64,000 nt of DNA from Tubiluchus corallicola (Eukaryota > Animalia > Priapulida). The notes beneath the pieces were generated by a model. The model was not told the origin of the DNA and made no database searches. It saw only the letters and a program-made list of their open reading frames with translations. The stretch is taken from positions 1 through 64,000 of the forward strand of contig JAQGDQ010000461.1 in the NCBI GenBank assembly GCA_030141605.1, in the 5' to 3' direction. Positions 54,001 to 64,000 of the stretch are shown here, one piece after another. The number at the start of each line of letters is the position of its first letter. The first letter of the stretch is position 1. The translations under genes were made by a program, and so were the position numbers.

Positions 54001-57000
54001 AAAGTTCAGCAAAAATAAAATGTAAAACCTAAAGGATTTTTTCTTGAGCATTAATCAGTAACTCATATCCAGCAGCACCAAATCTGCTCAAGATAACATA
54101 TTTTTCTAATACCCTTTCATATAAGTATTGACCGCCACGTTAAAACACATTGGAGTCAACATTTTGAGAACACGACATTTTATGATGAAGGAATGCGTAT
54201 TTCAAACACGAGAGAATTCTCCAGAGACTTGTCATCATTAAGAGAGCTGAAGAGGCCCGTTAGGGCGAAAGCTCACGGAATAAATATTATAATCTTTGAG
54301 ACAAAAAAGGGCATTACGCTTTTCTAAGTGAATGCGTATTTGTATCATTTCATGAACACTTATAACTATTATAAGGCTACATACATTTGCAAATATTTTT
54401 AAAAGTAACGAACTATCAGTTTCCATAACTTGCGTTAGCAGCCATTTTGACAACATTGCTTGTGATGCTGCGAATCTGTTCCTACCGAGACGTGAGAGGT
54501 ATAATAAGTAACATGAAAAATATCAGAATAAACAGTCGGAGCATAACACAATTATCACAGAATGTAATAAGGTAAAAGTCGAGTTTGACATACACGGGGG
54601 TGGGGGGGCAATGTTCTGACAACTTCTGTGGTATTGCTGGATGCTGGTAGAAGTGGTCGTATTAGCTATTCGTTTCCGTTTAAGCATGTTAATCTCGCTC
54701 CACAACTTGAAGAAATTTTAAGAGATTTCCAGCAACTTTTTAAATCATAATTCTAAAAAAATGAAAAATACAAACCAGCCAAAACCATTCCCATGCGCAG
54801 ACATTTCTGAAAACGGCAGTATTGGCAGCGGTTCCTTTGTGCTTTTGTGATTTCGCAGTTGCCGTCAGAAACACAGGTGTAAACACGCTTGTTCTGCACA
54901 GTTCTTTTGAAAAAGCCTTTACATCTAAATTTTACAAAAAGCAACGACATACACTTGACTAATTTGACAAATCACCATAACAATTTTTCAGATAATTAAC
55001 TAAATAATACATTATTTATCAAGTTGCTGAAGTATGTATGCCATATACTTTTTTTCAGAAAGACGTTCCTATAAGTTGGCACTCCTGCACCTGACTTGGA
55101 CGGACAATACAGTTATTCTCAACCGGAACCTACATTCCGTTTATGAAAGAATGTCTATGAAATTATGATATGCTCTACCAATCTTATTTTCCAAACTGAC
55201 AGAAAAGAGCCATAATGAGACATCTGCAACGTTCTTCTTAATTTAATCATTTTACTGATTAAATCTGCAATATTAATTTCCTTCAATATAGTTTTGCATT
55301 ACAACTATGGTGCATCATGCTAGCAGCAGCCTAACCCGACTGATGACCACATGCAAGGTTGCCAACAACTCCATCTCTGTCCATTATAAACACATTGTCT
55401 ACAACAAATTCTTGCTGGCTTGGTTAGTAAGAAAGGAAGAAGATCCCTGGTTCAAGTTCCGGCACAGAACAGAACTGTTTGTCAATTTTCTTCAACAAGG
55501 CTGCAACTAACCCATAGGAGTGTCTCAGCATTGTAAAGGAAGAACAACATTATTAATAATTATAATAATATCGTCAATTAAAATGCACAGTACAGTTAAT
55601 ACTGTATCTTTCTCTTTCTTTTCTGCATTACTGATCTTAAAATAAATCATCATCATTATCATCATAGGCCCATTACGTCTCTTGTAGACATTGGGCAGGT
55701 AAAACTCTAAAATAAAAGAAATCTGCCCTCAAGACAGGTGAACACAGCAGTAATCTAACAGAACACTAGACACTGCTATGCCCGTGCCTTGTCAGCACCA
55801 CTTCCGAGCAAATAAAAAATCACAAATAAGTCCATTAATGTTTTTAAGTAAAAGGAAATCCTTCTCAGCCTGCATAATCAGTCCAACATAAGCACTAACG
55901 TAACGAAATGATTAAAAGCATCAACCCTTGAACGGCTTCGCTTTTTTTCATTTCAATGAAATATGCTCGTAGACCTAATTTCTTACACAGGCACAATTTT
56001 CATCTACAGGAATATATAGCGTTCATACTACCAGCTATACTTACCCTTCACAAGTGATAATGCCATAGTGAAGACCAGTAGCTTTGTCGTTGCAGATTCC
56101 GCAGATCATTAGCTCCTCATCATACAATTCTTCCACAACTCCATCGTTTTCCCTTCCAGATAAGTTCAACACACTATCGTTGTTGCCATTAACATTCTAC
56201 ATTATAATTACAGGAGAACTTTAGATGTGAATGTAAATTTAAGTGAAAAGAATGAGGCCTTTTTCTTTTGCTGGAGTCACCAGTCTATGGCTTACAGTTT
56301 GTATAGAAATCAATTAACATTTACACGCTGATTTAATTAATAAGCTTAATGTTAGTTTTTGCTAGTCTAGTCTTCATTTTAAATGTATACTTAGAAGTCT
56401 AATCTTTGTCTGTATATGTAATTTCATAGAAGTCCAATCCTTATCTGTATAATACACTGTGCTCCATTTGTAATGTTTCTTATAACAGCTGATGATAGCA
56501 TAAGATTAATCCTTGTCATAAGATATTGGACCGCGTTAAGCATGTACCACTCTCACTCTACTAAGTCGACTTATTCTCATTGTTGATCACCCAGCACAGA
56601 CCAGGATCGAATGGCAGCCTGAATATTACCTCTTTTAGTTTTTCTGAACACTCAAAGTTTTATTGTTGATTCTAGGAAAACATATTTTCATTGTACTGAA
56701 TTCCTTATTTAAATTATGAGTTTGATATAGACTTATTGAGACAGATCATGGAAAAAATGGTTTACTAAACAAGATTATCACTGTTAAATAATTCTATTAT
56801 AGTTGCCTTAAAAAAAGACTGGATCCCTACAAGCTACTAGATCCGAACCGTGCATGAATTACACCACTAGGCAGACCCAATTATTAATAAACAAAGTTAA
56901 ATAAAACTTGTAAATTTTTTATGGCCTTCATACGTTTTCAAAGCCAACCAAAAACAAAACAGTATAAAAAAATAATACAAGAAAAAAAAGTAATTTAATT

Positions 57001-60000
57001 CAAACTATTTTCTCAAGATTTTCTTTTTTTATGTCTCCTTTTTACAAAATTGCCTACTGCAAAAAATGATAAAAATATAGTTTTGTAGGTACAGCTTTCG
57101 TGCGACTTGAACAATTAATAAACTGATAATTAATGATTTGATTAATTTCTAACAAAAAACGTTAGAATAATGTCAAGAAACTGGCAACATTTTCAGTACA
57201 GGGTTATGTCGATTTAAACACAATTGCATTTTTAACACCCAAATGCATGTCAGAACGAATTTTTTAAAATAAACTGAAGCTTGATTTAAATATTAAAAAA
57301 TATTCAAAAATACTACTGGGTCTGAAATGCTACCCTAGATGGCCAACACCCTTTTTGTCTGACAGTCCTGTTTACCAGATTTCAAAATTCCGATTTTTTT
57401 TCTCAACGCGGGTAACATATTTGTCTCATGAGCTTGTCACTTTCACTGAAACACTGCCCTGCCAGCATTTCAGCAGCATAAGGCTTGAATAATTCTTGTT
57501 AAAAACTATTTTTAGACCAACCAGTATATAAATATAAGACACAGACTAAAACTCAAATTGAATAGTTATGTTCTTGTAACTTCTTTAAGATATTCACTAT
57601 AACCGGAGTAGCCGCAATAATTCCTAATAATAGTTTGTTGCGTAATTTGTAAAGGTACCACGGGTGGTGCAGAAAAATATTCCGAAGTTTAGACTACAAT
57701 AACATTAAAAAGTGCCTAAGCATGGTATTATACATTCAATGGTTTCTACCTGTGAAAGCAAAAGGTTTATAGATTTGGTGGTTTTTAAGTTATAGCCAAA
57801 AAGCTTTTGGAACTTTAAAAATTTAAATGCCGGAAAAATGTTAGCTAATCATCAATTGAAAAATAGTCATGTCGACGTACAGAGCACTCAATACATGGCA
57901 CCAAAACAATAAAGAAATCAATTAGTTTATATCATGGCTTTCACCACAAATGATAAAGCACTGATAAAGATTTGTTACGAAGAAAAAACGGGAAAGCGAT
58001 TTCATTTTTTCTCCTTATAATATCATTATCCTGGCACATATCTATCAACGTTTCATTGTGTCTAGAATTTCCGCTGCATAGAGTATAGGCTGGAGAACTT
58101 AATTTTGCCCCTTTCTGCTTAAGGGCGATTAACAAAGTTCTGCAGCTTCTAGATTTCAGCTGATTTGACAGGTTTAGACCACTATATTAATGCTTTAAAT
58201 CTCAGTAATATGAGAAAATGAGATAATACACAACTGTAAGATATTTGACACGTGCGTTCACATGTCCATGTTGGCGTGTGTGAATGCATGAACATTGTGT
58301 AGCACATAATAATTAAATACATCGTGAATTGTTTTAGAAGCGCTCAGTTAGTCATTAGTTTGGGGTATTCAGTAGGTCTCAAAAGTTAATATTTTTATTA
58401 TTAGTAAAAAATAACAGCATTTGAAAATCAAAACAGTGGTAGGGTTCTATATATAGGCGCAGACAACAGCTACTTTTTGTTGCAAGCTTATCTGCAACAC
58501 GACCCTAATAAATTGTTCACATAAATTTAACTGTATTTGCAGCAGTTTAACCTGACTTACTTCACACTCTTATTTTTCATACTTTTTTACTTTCAGATAC
58601 TGCACTCCTAGACTAATAGAGGCATTCATCTCCAATACCCTTTAAGAACTTTTACTTCGTAGTGCGTTCCTTGAAGTTGTTTCTTAGATTCTTGTAACTT
58701 TGATTCACTGACTAATTGACTAACCAGGGATTCCAGTTCAGTCACTGAATTACCGTCTCAAACCACCCACTCAAGTCAAAATTAACGACTGGCTCGCTAT
58801 AACCTGTCCCCGTCTGGTTCTGTAACAAACAAATTACTTGCCCAACCTTGCAATTTTTTAATTGATTTTTGACTGAACCGCCCATTCGCAATCACCACCT
58901 AGTTATCTATGCTACTGAAATCTACCTCTTTACATTAATATTGACTTGGTTTTCTAACTTCGTCAGATATTCAATTATGTGACCTTCGACCTTGAACCAC
59001 CGATTCAAAGTCATCGACTGACTCCTGAAGTCTATCACTATATACCGAAAATTTGAATGTAAACCCCTTGCAGCCTTTGTAAGGTCATTTTAGATTTATT
59101 CACAACATTGATGTCATTTACAACCTTAGCCAATTGTCAACACCTGCCTAAAATTATATATAGTGGAGAGAATAATCTAATTCCTAATGAATGCAACAAC
59201 ATTGAATGGCTTCAGAAGAAGTTATGAAGAGGCAGCCAGACTACTTATAAACAAGACTTTAGACACTCACAGATTATCTAGAGACCACTTACCATCTCAT
59301 TTAATGACAATTTCTGTATAGCAGGTCTATAAAATAGAATATACATAGACATTAAACAAAATTAGTTTTTCACACATGCGAAAATAACATTTTTCACATT
59401 AGATGTGCTAACAAGTCTTTTAAAATAAAGAAAACATGTACCTGCGTCAGAAAAATATCATTTTTCCTCTGTAACTCTTCAACAAAACGTCGATGTTCTT
59501 CTATCTGCTTCTGCTGTATCTTCACTTGCTTTGGTTTACTTTGTTGCTGCTGTTGTTGTTGTTGACTCTGTTGTAGATGATGCTGCTGTTGTCGGTGCAT
59601 CAACAACTGCTGCTGCGCAATAGCCATTGACCGAGGGCTACTGGTCAGTGGCTGTTGAGGATACTGTGCAGCAATATGAGATGGTAAGGATGATCGACCA
59701 TTAGAAGACCACGTCGTAGAAGCAAACCGTTGCTCCATTATCCATCGCTGGTTTTCTGGAATCATGGCTAAAAATTCCCTGTACTGATGATGTGGAGATG
59801 TCTGTGGAGAATCCTCTGATGAAGGTGATGATTCACTGTCTTTCTTACTTTTTTCAGTAAAATCAACAGAGCCTTTTTCAACATGATCACCACCACTATC
59901 ACAATCCATTTCATTCTCAGCCGTTTCACGTTTTATCTTGTCTGGCGACAAAAGCTCCACAGGGCTATCTGATCCATCAGACAAAAGTTTATCTGTATCT

Positions 60001-60269
60001 TTAGACTCCACACCATTACCAACCATGAGCAGTGCTGGTGGTTGATCCAGCAATGGCTTCTTTAACTGAGATTCCAATATGGGAGACCTGTATTTCACAT
60101 CTACAACAGCAGATTTGCTTGCAGGAGGGCTTGGAGAGTTAACACAAGACAATGGTGTTTCAACATCCGAATCCACGCTGCTACAAGTTCTATGATATTT
60201 CAGCTTCAGATTCATAAACAGGCTTGAGGAATCGCTGCCACTACGATCCAGACGTTGCTCGATCTCCAT
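30430..60269 (-). CDS. Hr4: Nuclear receptor HR4 / NR6A (GCNF-related), 758 aa; complement join(59442..60269,56045..56196,54776..54924,48194..48255,37046..37504,34678..34926,31440..31605,30430..30641)
   Basis: Eight exons, all GT-AG, phases 0,2,1,0,0,0,1, total 2277 nt. C4 zinc fingers [37 protein letters not shown]...[12 protein letters not shown], extension [53 protein letters not shown] and C-terminus [12 protein letters not shown], all characteristic of HR4. The N-terminus may extend via an upstream exon (acceptor at 60289, frame open). Confidence 0.95.
31440..31605 (-). CDS. Hr4: HR4 coding exon 7 (LBD)
   Basis: ttacag|KVMNRIFD...[14 protein letters not shown]|gtaagt. Confidence 0.93.
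31761..33806 (+). mobile_element. Internally deleted BEL/Pao LTR retrotransposon in HR4 intron 6, antisense to the host gene
   Basis: 5' LTR TGT(31761)...AACA(32032); PBS TGGTAGTAGAG at 32035; gag-like [18 protein letters not shown]; [12 protein letters not shown]...YMDD...KTLGVLW...IFDPLG; RNase [16 protein letters not shown]...WRHV...NAAD. A roughly 105-bp LTR segment (31862-31966) recurs at 33703-33806. Confidence 0.9.
34678..34926 (-). CDS. Hr4: HR4 coding exon 6 (LBD helices 3-5)
   Basis: ttttcag|[31 protein letters not shown]...QKWHEIL...LQDLQ|gtaatg. Confidence 0.93.
36399..36971. mobile_element. PIF/Harbinger-type MITE, about 573 bp
   Basis: Imperfect 17-bp TIRs (AGCCCATGTCACACAGA vs AGTCTGTGTTACACAGA, 13/17), TAA on both flanks, internal CCATAAGGCG motifs in both orientations. 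Confidence 0.7.
37046..37504 (-). CDS. Hr4: HR4 coding exon 5 (basic extension/NLS, poly-Q hinge, LBD start)
   Basis: ttttag|VKYKKHKKK...QQQ...LIAELISCD...IIE|gtaagt; 459 nt, phase 0/0. Confidence 0.92.
37650..38670. repeat. About 37-bp minisatellite, roughly 1 kb, in HR4 intron 4
   Basis: Consensus tttgaagtaactatttcttgatttgactatggctcaa; best preserved at 37900-38620 and degenerate at the edges. Confidence 0.9.
45700..45800 (-). mobile_element. Possible tRNA-derived SINE head remnant
   Basis: B-box-like GGTTCAAATCC on the minus strand in an agaagac-ca-tggttc context; no intact cloverleaf. Confidence 0.3.
47985..48108. repeat. (GA)n microsatellite with a duplicated flank
   Basis: GA runs; attagagaagcaataaaagag occurs twice (about 47967 and 48058). 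Confidence 0.95.
48194..48255 (-). CDS. Hr4: HR4 coding exon 4 (62 nt, DBD C-terminal extension)
   Basis: ttattag|(A)[20 protein letters not shown]|gtatgg. Confidence 0.94.
53006..53585. mobile_element. hAT-type MITE, 580 bp
   Basis: TIRs CAGGGGTGTATCCAGG / CAGTGGCGTATCTAGG (13/16) and a perfect 8-bp TSD CATATATC (52998-53005, 53586-53593). Confidence 0.9.
54776..54924 (-). CDS. Hr4: HR4 coding exon 3 (end of zinc finger 1, zinc finger 2)
   Basis: aatttag|[49 protein letters not shown]|gtttgt. Confidence 0.95.
55410..55545 (+). mobile_element. Possible tRNA-derived SINE remnant
   Basis: A-box-like TGGCTTGGTTAG and B-box-like GGTTCAAGTTCC; degenerate. Confidence 0.3.
56045..56196 (-). CDS. 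Hr4: HR4 coding exon 2 (zinc finger 1), absent from the ORF track
   Basis: aatgtag|[51 protein letters not shown]|gtaagt. Confidence 0.95.
59442..60269 (-). CDS. Hr4: HR4 coding exon 1 (S/P/Q-rich N-terminal A/B domain)
   Basis: Long open frame, acceptor ttttctttgcag| at 60289, donor CAG|gtacat in phase 0 matching exon 2. Confidence 0.85.
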
Positions 60270-60659
60270 AGCTTTCAGAAATGTCTCATCTGCAAAGAAA
60301 ATAGCAACACGGCATTAACTTGCTAGTCCATACACGGCAGAAGGCACGGTCAGAATCAAATGAGTTCCCGGTCATCATTGGCAAACGCTGAACAGTATGC
60401 GTGACCCAGTGAACTCGTCTACAGAGAAGCTGAGAGTATTGCGGCAAGCCCACACAACAATTGCCCCCAATGCCATATGTCAATTATGTTAACCTGAGTG
60501 GAGAATACAATACTCAGGTGAACTGCATTCAACAATGCGGCCAAGCAGAACAGTATTTACAATCAGACAGCTACGCTAAGGAGGTCAGTTCAGATTCACC
60601 TTCGACTCAAGCGATCAGAAAGTCACATAAAGTGGGGCAAAGTGAATGTGATTGCTTGG

Positions 60660-60706
60660 GTTAAACGATACAGCACACAATGCACACGTCAATTATATAG
60701 GCGGGT
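60660..60706 (-). promoter_or_regulatory. Candidate TATA promoter for HR4
   Basis: Minus strand reads CCCGCCTATATAATTGACGT (GC-box-like, TATA at 60700-60693, CRE half-site), about 420 bp upstream of the ATG. Confidence 0.45.
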
Positions 60707-63700
60707 AATAAATAAGTGACAAATTCTCCGACTTTCATTAGCTATTTGTACAGCATTTAAAATTTGATATTCTTGAAAGTAGCAGTTTGAGTTTTATAAC
60801 CCGCCAGCATTTTATAAAAGTAAAAGCTTTGATAACACAGGTTACACAACTTTATTGGTCAATTAAAGAAAATATTAACATTTTATAGTTATCTAAAGCT
60901 ATCTAAATGACATCATATAATATAGCCAAACAGATGCTTGAGCGAAAAATAAATAAAAAAATTGTCAAAGCTTTTACAATATTTGGAGAAAGGGCAGATT
61001 TAGGACAGACCAAAAATGTTTTCTGCTGGGTACTAATAAAACGGGTATTAAAAAATAAGCGGGTAATAAATAACAAAATAATACATCAGCATTGCAAATG
61101 TATTTCTTATTCAACATTAAACCATGACACAATCATTAAGAACTTGCATACATATAAAATCTTTTTAGGCGTCTTCTGTTTGTCATTCTTAACGTCAGTG
61201 CAAACTAAGGACAGAGGTAGTACCAGCGACTGCGACATGAATCACTAAATGCGTATGTCCAGCTCTTCACAATGTGTAGGTTTCTTTTCATATCTTATTA
61301 GTATAGTACTTAGGCTTTGCCAAAGAAGTCACTCAAACTGTGAGATAAAACCAAAAATTTTGATGACTTTTTAACAAGTTATGCAGAACTACTTCTGAAA
61401 TTTCTACTAGAAATTTTTAAGAATGGCATCAAAATATACGATACATATATATATGCTAATGCGAGGCCCAGCTCTTCATAAAGCGACAGTCGATGAACTC
61501 CCTGTCCAATCGCTCTATGATGGATAAGGATCTAAAGTGTGCGTCTCTACCCACTCTACCAAATAAATCACAGCTAGTCTGCCACTAATAAGCCAAAAGT
61601 AATCAGACAATGCTCATTAATCGAAGGTAATCAATCAATTACTCGAAGGTAATCGAATTAATCAATCTCTTTTGATCACATGCTCTGTTCACTCATTGAT
61701 TAATGACTGAGCGCATTCGTGTCTTACAAATTAATATACATGTCTTACCTAAATTACCTTGTAAAAATTGGTCAATATAAATTCTAAGACCACAGACTAC
61801 TATTTATTCAATCACAGCAATAAAGATGATGTTGAATAGTTGTTCTAAAGGTATAAGCCATACCTAAATAACAGGCACTTTTAAACTTTATTGGGAAAAT
61901 GAGCTTCTACAGGGGTACTAAAGGCATACTTTCATTAAAAAATTCTGTTCACAATTTTTACGTTTTTTAGAAACATTTTAGTAATATTTTTTCAATTTTC
62001 TTGGATTACTATTATTACAATTTCATTTGCTTTGCAGTGAATATTATGCCATTTTCACTGTAACACCACCCAAAATTTGTCATTTATCACTTACTTTTTG
62101 CAAAAAGTGATGTACAACGTGTCAAAATAAAAATTCAAAACAATTCTAAGCTAAAGTGCCATATTTAGTCAAAGCTTGGACTTCTGGGTCAGTTAGCCAG
62201 AAAAGAATAAAAAAATGTAAGATTATGTATCTTTGACTGGTTTTTTATAGATGAGAAGATAGTCAATTTTAAACTGTTCAGAAGCGCCATTTCTCGATTT
62301 TTCTTTTAGACCTTTTACTTTTTGTACCATAAGTGCGAGTGTGACACCAACTTCAGATAAAGGAGGTTGACTGGTTTTATGAACTTAAAAAAATGGATAC
62401 ATACATACTTAGTTAATTTAACTTGCTAATTACTCGCTAAAACTGGTTTTTGTTAAAATACATGTACTTGCATTAATTTGCTTGCTTTACAGGTACTGAT
62501 AAATCCCAACATTACCTATGGACGCTCTTCGAAATCTTTTGGCAATAATTTCTATAATTTCTAGCCAGCCAAATCAAGCACAGATAACAAACATCCTCAA
62601 TTAAGGACTTATTGTAAACCCACTGCTTTATCCAGACTGTTTTTAAAATACTGATACTTGGAGCAAAAACAACTGTCATTTGCAAAGATGTTTGGTTACC
62701 TCACACTCACTTTTATATGCGAAAACTATAGGAGTGCGTGTAAATTGATTATTCAAAGTTTATCAGTTTCAGTCAGCATTCTCTTGCATTTTTGACAATA
62801 AAGATGTGGGTTTAATACTATCTAGAGGTAGCACAATGTCACAATGTTCACTTTTTGGATAACTTTGTAAATCTGAATCATGTCTCCCCTCTAATTGTCA
62901 CCAATAAGCCACAAGCAGGAGATAGCAACCAATAGATGAAGTCGTTCCTCCCATGGCAAAGCAAAGCAGCAATCCATGCTGGTTAGTCATTGTCTTGCAG
63001 GAGTGGACAAGCTATAAAAAAAACTTTAGTGCGATGCCTGATGGCCTATTGTATCAACAATGGCCTCTCACTGAGTCAACTCTGACTCTGCTAACCACGA
63101 GGCACAAATCGCTGTCAAATTATAGTGTCATCGTACAATTTGACAGCAGATGGTAGAAAAACAGACCACTATTGGAAAATCAAATTATTGTTTTATAAAT
63201 ATATTACAGCAAACACTACAAAACCTAAACAGACGAAAAACAAATCCTGCAAAATATTGGATTTCATACTAAATAAGGTAGGAATTGCATTTAAAAAAAT
63301 ATTTACTACTTTGACATACAACATGTACAACTCTTCATAATAGTCATAATTGTAATGAGGGGTCACGAAAACCCTTAACTGGTTTGGCCTTTGGCTTCAT
63401 TCAAGCCAGCCCTTCCATTGTCTTGTTGCGAATTTACACATAATTACATTCTCTGGCACTATCAATCAAACAGCTCAGGCTAATCACGGTGAGATATCAG
63501 CTAGCGATATTCGTAATCTTTTAGTTTTACTAAAATTTAGTAAAAAACGTTGGTTCAGTAACTTTGGGCAAATGTTTTTAATAATCGAATCCCGATGTTG
63601 TTAGAACCTTCACCCCAGTCTAGCGTACAAGCGTGTATTTATAAAACAACACTAGAAAGGGCAGGATTTCAAAATGCGTTTGTAAAAATAAGGTAGGGGC

Positions 63701-64000
63701 GAACATCAATGTTCAGTAATGTTATTAGACGTTTAATTAATATTAAAATTAGCACAAAATAAGGATGATTTTAATTATTTACAAACTACAGTACAGTAAG
63801 TACACATTAATCTTACCTCAAAGTCTCAAGCAAATGTACTTCGAATGTTTTTCAAATCAACTTATCACTGAAGACAAGGCACATCTGTATAACTTTAATT
63901 CATACAAAGGCGACAACAATCCAATCCAAGTTAGTTAACACATGAAAAAAATTCGCTAATTAAAATTAATAGTATTAATACTGTCACCGCTTTTGCGATT

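Noticed and set aside
45700-55545. tRNA genes at the B-box-like motifs (about 45720 and 55450)
   Set aside because: No acceptor stem or cloverleaf can be built; at most SINE remnants.
19244-60289. Minor-spliceosome or non-canonical introns and stop-codon recoding
   Set aside because: All 12 reconstructed introns are GT-AG without the U12 GTATCCT donor, and neither spliced frame contains an internal stop.

Overview
AT-rich, intron-rich animal (invertebrate, probably protostome) genomic DNA with three protein-coding genes. (1) A single-coding-exon class A GPCR on the minus strand (1012-1998). (2) A six-coding-exon PX-domain sorting nexin of the SNX22/SNX24 type on the plus strand (19244-24293, 175 aa), which the ORF track does not show as a unit. 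(3) An eight-coding-exon nuclear receptor of the NR6A/HR4 (GCNF) group on the minus strand (60269-30430, 758 aa from the first in-frame ATG), reconstructed by hand with GT-AG junctions and consistent phases. SNX24 and HR4 are convergent and appear to end about 100 bp apart near 25.5 kb. Intergenic and intronic DNA carries a near-full-length decayed CR1-type LINE, two LINE fragments, an internally deleted BEL/Pao LTR element, Tc1/pogo, hAT and PIF/Harbinger MITEs with TSDs, minisatellites and microsatellites. I found no unambiguous new biological system. The best leads are hypotheses: a possible internal first exon giving a DNA-binding-domain-less HR4, candidate autoregulatory AGGTCA arrays in HR4 introns, and an orphan GPCR with degenerate activation microswitches.
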